From Octopus vulgaris (lineage: Eukaryota), in the NCBI GenBank assembly GCA_951406725.2, contig OX597821.1, positions 65,038,001 through 65,102,000 of the forward strand: DNA of 64,000 nucleotides, in the 5' to 3' direction. The notes below the pieces were generated by a model. That model was given only the letters and a program-made list of their open reading frames with translations, ran no database searches and was not told the origin of the DNA. A program made the translations under genes and the position numbers. Of the stretch, positions 1 through 10,659 are shown in pieces (positions within the stretch are counted from its first letter, which is position 1; every line of letters starts with the position of its first letter).

Positions 1-140
1 AGTTCTACTTCGTCTTTCATCTTTTTGGGGTTCATAAAATAACTAACAGTTGTGCACTGAATCGAGTCGTTGACTAAAATTCTTCAAGGTGGTGCTGTAG
101 CATGATCGCTGTTAAATGAATGAAATGAGTAAAAGATGAA
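1..140 (+). mobile_element. Degenerate SINE fragment: family-A central core joined to family-B/LINE-type 3' tail
   Basis: tcgtctttcatctttttggggttcataaaata resembles the family-A core; ggtggtgctgtagcatgatcgctgttaaatgaatgaaatgagtaaaag resembles the family-B tail. Confidence 0.55.
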
Positions 141-257
141 AAATAAAGCAGTGTTGTCGTTCTAGATCAGCTCTAGAAGTCCTACAATCAAAACATTAAC
201 ACCGTAAACATCCTGTATCTATAATTATCAGGGTCTACCATTATTCAATGGTTCTTT

Positions 258-472
258 AAGGCAGCGAGCTGGCAGAATCGTTAGCACGCCGGGCTAAATA
301 CTAAGCGGTATTTCTTCTGCCGCTTCGTTCTGAATTCTAATTCCACCGAGGTCGACTTTGCATTTCATCCTTTCAGGGTCGATAAATTAAGTACCAGTGA
401 AACACTGAGGGCGATGTAATCGACTAATCCCTTCCCGGAAAAGTTCAGACTTTGTGTCCATTGTAGACAGGA
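258..472 (+). mobile_element. SINE family A, monomer (tRNA-derived head, MetaSINE-like central core)
   Basis: Head gagctggcagaatcgttagcacgccggg, B-box-like gaattctaattcc, core ggtcgactttgcatttcatcctttcagggtcgataaattaagtaccag, repeated many times in the window. Confidence 0.85.
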
Positions 473-835
473 TTACTCAATGTGTTTTGCAGAATTAAAA
501 GCCAGTTTATATCTCCATCTCTTATAGTAGACAATCTTCTACCCTACGCACTCCTCTCTGCTCAGTAGTTACTCTCCAACACATGGCTCTCTGCAATCTT
601 CTCCCTGCCCACGTCTTTCTCACAGGTATCGACTTTCTCCTGTCTATTCTCGCCATGAACTCTATCTCTTCCTCCTGACCCACTAAGTTAAAAACAATAA
701 ATGTAACCTGAATGAGATTTTCGTTGCTTTTTCCAACAAACACCTCCACGCATGAGGACATCTTGCTGTTTATTTGCTGTATTACATACTTGACTGGTGT
801 CATCGTCATCGTTGTTCCCATTGCTTTTATATTTT

Positions 836-1203
836 TCCTTTATTTGTTTCAGTTATTAGACTGTGGCCAAGCTGGGGCACCGCCTTGAAAAAAATTTGAG
901 TCGAACGAATCGGTCCCTCTTCTTTTATTTTTTTTAATTCTCGCACTTATTCTATCTGTGTCTTTTTGCCGAACCACTAAGTTACATAGACGTAAACACA
1001 CCAACACCGGTTGTTAAGCGATGGAAGGGACTGGGACTCAAAGATATACAGACACATGCACACACACACACACATACACATATAAAGGTTTTGGTTGGGT
1101 CGAGGCAATAGTAGAAGACACTTGCCCACGGTGCAATGGAGTGAGACTGAACCTGCAACCATGTGGTTCTGAAACAAACTTCTTACCAGACATCCATGCC
1201 TAT
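836..1203 (-). mobile_element. SINE family B (tRNA head, CORE-like domain, internal microsatellite), internally deleted
   Basis: Reverse complement of the full copies at 9990-10482 and 25349-25830. Confidence 0.85.
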
Positions 1204-1569
1204 GTCTACTGTTGTTATCTTTTATTAAGAGCGCAGAGAGAAGTGGGAGGGAGACATCCTCAAATCGGTGACCCTTCTTGGATACTTACAACAGCTAATA
1301 GTATCCAAGGAGATACTATCTCTTATACCAGATGACATATAAAGTCATCACCTAAGTAACTTAGTTATGTTTCAACTCAGGACGCGAAGAGCCGCATGAA
1401 ATAGTGCAAGAGATTTCCCAGCGGAGGCTCTCACATTTCAGCCAGTCCATCGTTCTACAGTGGTACTTTATCTATCAACTCCTCACCATCACCACCAGAA
1501 GAATGAAAAGAGAAGCTGAACTCAGAGGCGGAGGTGGGGATTTGACTCAGAAAGCAAGAAGCTGGAGTA

Positions 1570-1897
1570 TGTTGTTTGTTTGTTTGTTTGTTTGTTTGTT
1601 CCTTCTCGAGCCATGCATGGCTTATAAAGGCCGGTTTCCCGGTTTCATTGGCGTAAAGATTCCCCACCGGAAAGGGACGTCGGTCTGTCACAGGTGAGCT
1701 GCTAGATGCAAGAGGAAAGAGTGAGAGAAAGTTGTGGCGAAATAGTCAGCAGAAGTTCGCCATTACCTGCTGCTTGGAACCGCATGAAGCTTAGGTGTTT
1801 CGGTCATAAACACACACATCACCCGGTTTGAGATTCGAACCCGCGATCCCTCGACCGCGAGTCTTCTGCTGTAACCACCAGGCCATGTGTCTCCACC
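1570..1897 (-). mobile_element. SINE family D with (AACA)n tail
   Basis: Minus-strand tRNA-like head with A box tggcctggtgg and B box ggttcgaatct; second partial copy at 10660-10860. Confidence 0.8.
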
Positions 1898-2494
1898 GGA
1901 GTATATTACAGCATGATATTTCATCCTGTTCTCTCATGTCTCCCTCAAATCGTAGTCACGTTAGTCAGCGTTGTTGCTGCTGTCACGCTACTATGTGTTT
2001 GAGTTGCTATAAGAGTTGGCACTGTATGACATACTTACTATACTAGTGTTGTCATTGCTGGTGCGGTTGTTGAGGTTAATGAAATATTTAGAGCAATGTC
2101 TCTTAAGCATTTCTCTGTTCCCATCTTTATCAAATCCCCAAACACTTTCGCATCTCCCACTTGTAAATGACAAAACAAAGTAGTCTTGTATACAAAATAA
2201 TTTATCGTAACATTAAAAACGTCATTGTTTTAATTAAATATTAACGGTCTTAAAATCAACATTACAGAAAAGAAATTTAGTAAAAACTATGTGAATAATG
2301 ACAATGAATTTTTGTCCACATAAAAGCATAATTCCTTCTACGATCCCTAAAGAAGTCTCCATATTTGCTCTAGAATTCTTTAAATTTCTTCCATCGGATA
2401 TGACAACTTTTCCGTGCGCAAGAGAATCGCTGTGGTAGTCATTGCTATTTAAAATGTAAAATATGTAGTCCTCTCTTTAACACATTATATTGAT

Positions 2495-2710
2495 TTCAAG
2501 TTTTGGGACACAAAGCCAGTTGTTTGTGGAGGTAAGGGCGAAGTCGATTAAATTGACCCCAGTACTCAACTGGTACTTATTTTACCGACTCCAAAAGGAT
2601 AAAAGGTTGTGCAACGATCTCTGTGGAAATTGAACGTAAAACAGAAAGACGGATGAAATGCCGCTAAGCATTTCGTCTGGCGGAGTAGCGATTCTACCGA
2701 CTTGCGGTCT
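2495..2710 (-). mobile_element. SINE family A, diverged
   Basis: gtcgattaaattgaccccagtactcaactggtacttattttaccgactccaaaaggataaaagg matches the reverse-complemented family-A core. Confidence 0.75.
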
Positions 2711-4006
2711 TGCCAAACAGTAGATACCTCGTATTAATGTTTTATTAGTACTTCCAAAATTAATCTCAAGGATAGTAGATCTAGAAAATCTAAGCAAATA
2801 ACGATAAAGAAATGCTTAACTGAAAGCAATTTCACTGCTAGAAACAACTTTTTCTCTGGAGTCTTGAAATGTTTCGAAATTTGACCAGAATAATTTGCCT
2901 TCACATTAAGAATTGCAGCGTTAGTCCCAGAAGTTGTTCTGTTAGTAATTTTTAACTCATGATAATCTGAGGTGGTCAAGTGAAACCTAATCGAACATAC
3001 TTATGTCAGGTATGCAGTCGGCTGGACCGCTAAACTTCACTCCATTGATGTATTATTAAAGTAGGATTGTGGACGCATTGATGATTGAGTATTCAGAGGC
3101 GAAGATAGCTTAGTAATCATGTGGTCTGCTGCACGCTCTCATTACGTAACATTTTAAGCTAGTGTGTTTATTTTTTCTTGTTTGTTTCCCCGTAAACTGA
3201 TATCAAACTAGATCCTGTACAGGTATTGTTGTTGCACCAATAGCTGGTAGATTACGGAAGTTCACACCTGAACATTGAGATCCTCGTGTTCGATTTTTTA
3301 GCGTGCCGTATCTCTATAAACTTGCGTCAACTCAAGCTTTGTAAGAGGAAGCTGACTGCTATATTTTGTAGAGAATATGACCACGTGTTTGATGTTCTTC
3401 GCTGCCTTGTTGTTGAGATCTAGGACAAATCAGAATGAGAAGACAATCTAGTCATAATAACCTCGTGAAAAGCATTCCAAATGTGACCACACCGTTTTTT
3501 CCCTAGGTGCTGAGTGTCTAGAAGTACACGTTCCAGAGCGATATTTTGTGTGAGCTGGAGGTAGATTTATCTGCTACTTCAGTAGGCCCGTATACCATGT
3601 AGAGACACCCATTATGTTTATCAGACCGTTTGGCACGGCCATTTTGGCGCCGCCTAAATAGTGTCACTGATTCGACGCTGACTCTTTTGACATAGGACGT
3701 TTTTATGACTCATTTTCCTTACCAGTTTCTCCTCAAATGTATGTGCTATGAATAAGCCCACTCCCTCCATGAAATCTATATTGCCTGAACGGGTGCAAAT
3801 GTACCCCATATCAGGTGTCGAACAGATCGCAGAGCGATGTAAGATGAAGATTGCTGCTCAAGATTATGAGCACAACATCATAACCACTAGGCTATATGTA
3901 TGGTAGCTAATGCTATGGTTTCTGTAGTCGTTATCACTTTATTTGTGTTGTTGCGGTAATGGTTGTTATATTGGTAGTCGAATTAGTTCGATGTGGTCGT
4001 AAATAT

Positions 4007-4180
4007 AGTTCTATATTTAAGAAATGAGGAATTATGTACGTTATTTACGTTTGACGGATATTTGTCCACATATTGTTTTGTTGTTAACACAACGTTTCGG
4101 CTGATATAACCTCCAGCCTTCATCAGACGTCTTGGGGAAATTTCGAACCTGGGTTCTCATTTCTAAGATATTTTTCGATG
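4007..4180 (-). mobile_element. Penelope-like element terminal (pLTR-type) fragment
   Basis: Carries a minimal hammerhead motif; inverted near-copy at 5119-5265. Confidence 0.7.
4086..4131 (-). ncRNA. Minimal type I hammerhead ribozyme motif
   Basis: Minus strand reads gacgt-CTGATGA-aggctg-gaggttatat-cagcc-GAAAC-GTT-gtgtt: intact core boxes, stem II ggctg/cagcc, wobble-rich stem I. Confidence 0.7.
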
Positions 4181-4183
4181 TTG

Positions 4184-4223
<40 letters not shown>

Positions 4224-4224
<1 letters not shown>

Positions 4225-4770
4225 GAGTGAGCGAGCAGAGCATGCCATCGAAGTGACACTGGGGTAAAATATACGAAGCCCAGTATACCCATCATGACTA
4301 CCCGTCTGATAAGGGTACACCAGGCACATGCATCACAACCATATGTGCGCGACATGGTGATCTCATATCAAGATAAACAGCACATGACCTTGCAGGTGGA
4401 GCCCAGTTAGAATTTTCTTCAGATCGAGTAACCCATCCCGCTCAAAAGGTCCCTGAATAAGGCTTGTTTAAGGATGTTGAACGAAACACCCATGTTTCCA
4501 GAGGTGAATTATTCAAACCCCAAAGAATCCTTCTCAACACATGGCTATGATGCTCCCCCACTACTTCTACTCGTGATCAGAGATGCACATATCGTCAGCC
4601 ACTAAGGGACATGCTCAACTGGTTATGGTCAAACAACTGACAAGCAAATCTGTGGTATTGAGCAGAATATTTGCTGTAGCTCATCTTTTATACCAAGACA
4701 AAACAATGTACATGATAACACTTCCAATCAGTTAAGATCAGAAGCCATGAGAGCCACTGCCTGGTACTGC
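4224..4770 (-). mobile_element. Unclassified ~550 bp interspersed repeat ending in (AAT)n (probable non-LTR-derived element)
   Basis: Diverged inverted copy at about 8177-8492; bounded by (ATT)n tracts. Confidence 0.65.
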
Positions 4771-4786
4771 ATTATTATTATTATTA

Positions 4787-4817
<31 letters not shown>

Positions 4818-5003
4818 CAATACCACCATTATTATTACCCTCATTCCCATCATGACCAATATTATCAATAAGCCAATATTATAAATACAGCCACCATCAG
4901 TATTATTATTATTATTATTATTATTACTACTACTACTACTACGACTACTACTATTATTACTATTATTATTCAGGTCACTGCCTGGAATCGAACTCGGAAT
5001 AAT

Positions 5004-5099
<96 letters not shown>

Positions 5100-5118
5100 A
5101 ATGATGATGATGATGATG

Positions 5119-5265
5119 ATATCGAAAGATACCTGAGGAATGAGAATCCAGGTTCGAAATTTCCCCAAGACACCTGATGAAAGCTGGAGGGTGTATCAGC
5201 CGAAACGTTGTGTTAACAACAATCAAGATGACGTCAAATATCCGTCAAATGTAAATAATGTAAAT
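5119..5265 (+). mobile_element. Penelope-like element terminal (pLTR-type) fragment
   Basis: Inverted copy of 4037-4180 with hammerhead motif. Confidence 0.7.
5169..5214 (+). ncRNA. Minimal type I hammerhead ribozyme motif
   Basis: gacac-CTGATGA-aagctg-gagggtgtat-cagcc-GAAAC-GTT-gtgtt; stem I gacac/gtgtt, stem II gctg/cagc. Confidence 0.72.
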
Positions 5266-5606
5266 GATATGGTCGTAAATATTTTGTTTTTTTTGCTGTC
5301 ATTGTTGCGGTGTTGCATGGGTTGGTATCAAATGCTGTTGCTATAGCTACCACGGTTATTGCCACAGTTTGTGGCCGTCTTTGTAGATTCTCATGTCATA
5401 ATTTCTGCTGTTGATTCTGTAGTTACAATTGCTGTAACAACAGAAACTTCTGTCGGTGATGGTTGTGCTCATATTATTGGTAGACAATAGTAGAGTTAAC
5501 ACTATTGGTTGCGGTGATAATGGTAGACGTAGTGTTAATAATATTGGTCATGATGGGAATGAGGGCAATAATAATGGTGGTATTGATAATAATAATAATA
5601 ATAATG

Positions 5607-5640
<34 letters not shown>

Positions 5641-5744
5641 TAATAATAATAATAATAATAATACTGATGGTGGCTGTATTGATAATATTGGCTTATTGAT
5701 AATATTGGCGGTTATCATAACTGTATCTGTTCTGATAAGAATGG

Positions 5745-5915
5745 GTTCAAATTATCGCCCAAGGCCAGCAATTTTAGGGAAAGGGGTAGGTCGATTAAAT
5801 TGACCCGAGTAACCAACAGATATTTATTTCGTCGACCCTGAGGGATAAAAGGCAAAGTCGACCACGGCGGACATTTTACCTCGACGTGCTAACGATTCTG
5901 CCAGCTCGCCGCCTT
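5745..5915 (-). mobile_element. SINE family A, internally deleted
   Basis: Ends in tgctaacgattctgccagctcgccgcc, the reverse complement of the head. Confidence 0.75.
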
Positions 5916-6024
5916 ATGCTGTATTGATAATACTGTCTGTGACATAATGGTAGTGTTGATAATATGGGGTGTGATGCTATGATGCAGACGTTGATAATAT
6001 TATTAGTGACGGTGATGAGATTGT

Positions 6025-6400
6025 GAGCTGGCAGAAACGTTAGCACGCTGGGCGAAATGCTTAGCGGTATTTCGTCTGTCGCTACATTCTGAGTTCAAAT
6101 TTCGCCGAGGTCGACTTTGCCTTTCATCCTTTCGGGATCGATTAAATAAGTACCAGTTACTCACTGGGATCGATATAATCGACTTAATCCGTTTGTCTGT
6201 CCTTGTTTGTCCTCTCTGTGCAGTAAAGAAATAGGTATTTTGTTTGTTTTTACTTTCCGAGTTCAAACTCCGCCGAGGTTGACTTTGTCTTTCATCCTTT
6301 CGTTGTCGATAAATTAAGTTCCAGTTGCGTACTGGGGTCGATTTAATCGACTGGCCCCCTCCCCTAAAATTTCCGGCCTTGTTCCTGGAGTAGGAAAGAA
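6025..6400 (+). mobile_element. SINE family A, dimer
   Basis: One head followed by two B-box+core units with different tails. Confidence 0.85.
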
Positions 6401-7354
6401 TAATTGTCGTGAGTGTAATATGGTTTATGTTAGTAAAGTGTAACTGGTTGTGTTGCTAATGGTTGTTGTCAAGTTAATGGAAGAAAATATTAGTGATGGT
6501 GGTGGTGGCATTGGTAATTAATTTTTCTCTTTATTTTCTACTTATCTCTTATCAATAATCTATCAATTTTACACATTATAAAACCTGAATATTTATCTGG
6601 TTCCTTTTTTTGTCTCTTACACCTCTCTGTCTCAATTTCTAATATTGCTTCTCATTTCCTTTTTTTTTTTGCCGTTTGTTAATCCTACCTTAGTTTCTGT
6701 TCTTTTCTTTTTGTTTTTTTTTTTTGTTATTTATCCCACTTTCATTCTCTCACTATCACACTCACTCTCTATTCCTTAGATTCATTCTTTCGTTTATTCT
6801 TTCATTCATTTATATTTCTTTCTTTTTGCTTGTATATTCTCTACTTCACGATACTTCCTTACGTTAGTGCTATATCTTATCTTCCCCGGTTTTTCACACA
6901 TACAGGCTCACTATATTTTTATTCTCTCTCACTCTCTCACTCAGGCACACAGTTACTTCTTGTCTATATTTTATCGGTTTCTCTCTAGCACAACACTTAC
7001 TGCTCTCCTCTATTCTACCCAACGTCTGTCCTTTCTGTTTACGTCGTTCGTACGCTCATTCTTATAACATCTTTACAGTGTCTGTCCTCACAGATTCTTC
7101 ATTCACAAATATTATAAACTACGCAGTCATCCTGCATCAATTTCCTCTTTAGCAATCTCACAACTGATTCTTTATTTTTCCTTCACCCTCTCCTTCTCTC
7201 TTTCTCTCTCGCTTCATCTTAAACTACTCGACTAATTAATATTTTTAGACGTACTTGAACCTGTCAATCTCAAACACTCTATATCTGTACCGAGTGCATT
7301 CCAGAACATTCGAGACGTTTTAGGAACGGCAGTTATAACTGTCAAAGTTTAATG

Positions 7355-7576
7355 TAATCGTTGTTCACCTATCGTGCACTCAGTACATCGCGGTTCATCT
7401 ATCGTGTATTCAGTACATCGCGGATTTTTCGAACTAATATATGTAATTTTATATCGCAGACTCCTCAGTATATCCGGGTTTCTGCGGCCAATAGGTATTT
7501 ATAATTTTTTGGAATCTAATTATTTCTGTGGGAAGTTTTGGAACGTAACACCCGCGATAGTCGAGGGATTACTGTA
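7355..7576. mobile_element. pogo/Tigger-type MITE remnant
   Basis: Right end cccgcgatagtcgagggattactg-TA (rc TA-CAGTAATCCCTCG) and short internal repeats tcagtacatcgcgg. Confidence 0.55.
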
Positions 7577-7719
7577 TATCATTATTATACATCTAATAAG
7601 CTGATCTGCAAATATTTGTTATTCTAGATTAAAGGAGATTACTGTATTAGCATTTTGAGCACGCCCACCAAACACTGCTTGTCACACGTCTCACAGCTGT
7701 CTAGTTTCCAGAAAGCAGT

Positions 7720-8176
7720 CGGATCATTTGGAAACACGTTACTCAATAACGTTTTGTGATAATTTGAGCAAAAATGCTACAGGAACTTTGAAAATGTTCC
7801 AGGCTGCTTACGGATAAATATTTTTTTTTACTAGCAAAAGAAGTTCAAGGAAAACAGAGAAGAGGTGAGAAACGATAAGAGATGTGGGAGGAAGAGGAAC
7901 GTTAGATCATCAGAACCGATTGAGAAAATAGGCAATTTTCTGAATGAAAAGCATCGTGCGTCAACAAAGACAAATAAGCATACAGTTTGGTGTTGGAGTA
8001 ACAACAGCCCTAAGAATTATTCATGAAGATCAAAACGCGAGGAAAATTAATGCAAAGTTTGTTCTCAGGGCGCTTAGTGAGGAACATCCTGGTAACCAAC
8101 CACTTGGCAGGGATGGTTTCAAGACTGTTCCTCACCTTCCCCGCAATGCAGACGTTGCTCCCTGTAACTTTTGGTG
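7720..8176 (+). pseudogene. Internally deleted mariner transposase remnant
   Basis: Broken translations LETRYSITFCDNLSKNATGTLKMFQAAYG (N-terminal HTH), RKINAKFVLRALSEE (WVPxxL linker), KTVPHLPRNADVAPCNFW (YSPDLAPxDF motif). Confidence 0.8.
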
Positions 8177-8492
8177 AATATTCTGCTCAATACTACAGAG
8201 TTTCTTGACCTTAACCAGTCGAGCATGTGTGCATCTCTGATCACGAGCAAGGGTAGTAAGCAAGCACAAAAACCATGTATTGAGAGGGATTCTTTGGGAA
8301 TTCAATAAATCACTCCTGGAAACATAGGCGCTTCGTTATCCTTCTTTAACGAAACTTATTCAGTGACCTCTTAGGCGGGATGGGCAACTCGACCCGAGAA
8401 AAATTTTAACTGGGCCCATCTACAAGGTCATGCGCTGTTTAACTTGATATAAGGTCATCATGTCGCACATATATTTGATGCATATTCCTGGC
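8177..8492 (+). mobile_element. Diverged copy of the 4224-4770 repeat
   Basis: tgtgcatctctgatcacgag and aactgggcccatctacaaggtcatgcgctgttt match the reverse complement of 4320-4675. Confidence 0.7.
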
Positions 8493-8723
8493 TTGTGCAT
8501 TAGGCTTGTGCATTTTGCTTCAGTCTCACATGAAATTCACGCACCTCCCATATTCTCAAGCTTGCGATATATATTGCCACCAGATATACGGGTTCCACTG
8601 GTGTGCAGACCATATCAAAGGGGTGAAAGAGATCCATGAGGTTTTAAGCAAATCTTATTTGAAGCTTAAAATTCTATTCGACTCTTGATGAATATGCTTC
8701 AGGTATTGATGACCTTATAGACA

Positions 8724-8776
<53 letters not shown>

Positions 8777-8799
8777 TGACTTTCATCTGTTAATCTTTT

Positions 8800-9075
8800 T
8801 TATCTTATACTTGTTTCAGTCCTGAGTTTGCGGGCCATGCTGGGACACGTCTTGGAAGAATTTTTTAGTCGAATGACTCGACTCGACTGTTTATTATTTT
8901 TCAAACGTGGTACTTATTCTATCAATCAGTCTTGACGACTCGTTAAGTTACAGGGACGTAAAAACAACCACACTACTTGTCAAGTACTAGAGGGGGACAT
9001 CTTCGGACACAAACACAGGTGCACTCGTGCACACATGCATACACACACATACATACACACACATACACACACACA
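8800..9075 (-). mobile_element. SINE family B, 3' half, diverged
   Basis: tacttgtttcagtc...ggccatgctgg...taagttacagggacgtaaa. Confidence 0.7.
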
Positions 9076-9117
9076 TATTCACTTATATATTTATATTAAT
9101 AATAATAATAATAATTC

Positions 9118-9785
9118 CCTTTACTACAAGCACAAGGCCTGCAACTTGGGGATAGTCGATTTCATCGAACACCAGTGCGTAACTGATACTTATTTCATCG
9201 ACCCTGACGGATGAAAGGCGAAGTTGACCTAGGCGAGATTTGAACTCAGAACGTAAAGTGGAACGAAATACCGCTAAGTATTTTGTCCGGCGTGCTAACG
9301 GTTTTGCTGCTAACCGCCTTAATTAAAAATAATAGTAACAACAACAACTCAGAACGTAACGACAGACGATATATCTATTTCTTTACTACCCACAAGGAGC
9401 TGAACATGGACAGACAAACGGATTAAGTCGATTATATCGACAACCAGTGCGTAACTGGTACTTATTTAATCGACCCCGAAAGGATGAAAGGCAAAGTCGA
9501 CCTCGGCGGAATTTGAACACAGAACGTAGCGACAGACTAAATACCTATTTCTATTTCTTTATTACCCACAAGGGGCTAAACACAGAGGGGACAAACAAGG
9601 ACAGACATAGGTATTAAGTCGATTACATCGACCCCAGTGGGTAACTGGTACTTAATTTATCGACCCCGAAAGGATGAAAGGCAAAGTCGACCTCGGCGGA
9701 ATTTGAACTCACAACGTAACGGCAGACTAAATACTGCTAAGCATTTCGCACGGCATGCTAACGATTCTGCCAGCTCGCCGTCTTA
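9118..9785 (-). mobile_element. SINE family A multimer array
   Basis: Three copies of the core (cgaccccgaaaggatgaaaggcaaagtcgacctcggcggaatttgaac or close variant). Confidence 0.85.
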
Positions 9786-9989
9786 ATGATGATAATAATG
9801 CCGCTACTGCTGCTGCTGCTGATGATGATGTTTACAAGACTAAGTAAACTAATTTAGTAATTCAAAGACGAAAACAAAATCTATTCGATCAACTGGGAAT
9901 TAATTAGCACTGTCACGCCGTATAGAATAGGTGGAGAGAGATGTGATCTCCGCCTAGGAGAGCTTTACCAAATACTTATTTAATATAAA

Positions 9990-10482
9990 CATAGGAGTGG
10001 CTGTATGGTACGTAGCTTTCTTACAAGCCACATTGTTCCGGGTTCAGTCCCACTGCCTGGCACCATGGGCAAGAGTCTTCTACTATAGTCAAGGCCCGAC
10101 CAAAGCCTTGTGAGTGGATCTGGTAGGCGGAAACTGAAAGAAGCCGTCGTATATATGTCTATGTATGTATGTATGTATGTATGTATGTATGTGTGTATGT
10201 ATGTATGTATGTATGTATGTATGTATGTATGTATGTATGTATATATGCATGTATGTATGTATATGTTTGTGTGTCTGTGTTTGACCCTCCCCGCAACATC
10301 ATTTGACAACCGATGCTAGTGTGTTTACGTCCCCTTAACTTAGCGGTTCGGCAAAAGAAACCGACAGAATAAGTACTAGGCTCATAAAGAATAAGGCCTG
10401 GGGTCTATTTGCTCGACTAAAAGCCGGTGCTCCAGCATGGCCAAAGTCAAGTGACTGAAACAGGTAAAAGAGTAAAGAGTAA
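9990..10482 (+). mobile_element. SINE family B, full length
   Basis: A box tggctgtatgg, B-box-like ggttcagtccc, CORE-like ggcaccatgggcaag, (TATG)n centre, (GAGTAAA)n tail; resembles described octopus CORE-SINEs. Confidence 0.9.
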
Positions 10483-10659
10483 AACCACACAAGGAAAATA
10501 ACACATACGCAAATTCCATATAATGGAATACATGAAACAGTAAAGTATACTTATAAACTAGTAACCAAACCCCCAAAATTGAATTTAAATAAACAAAAAT
10601 AACGAGCAAAGTAGCTCGTGCTAAAATCTCTATGGGAGATGCCGGTAGTAACTATGTTG

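Noticed and set aside
522-821. 99-aa minus-strand ORF in non-repeat sequence
   Set aside because: No recognisable homology or convincing exon boundaries
9470-9520. ccccgaaaggatgaaaggc in SINE A as a hammerhead core
   Set aside because: No CUGANGA, and the GAAA/GAUGA order and stems do not fit
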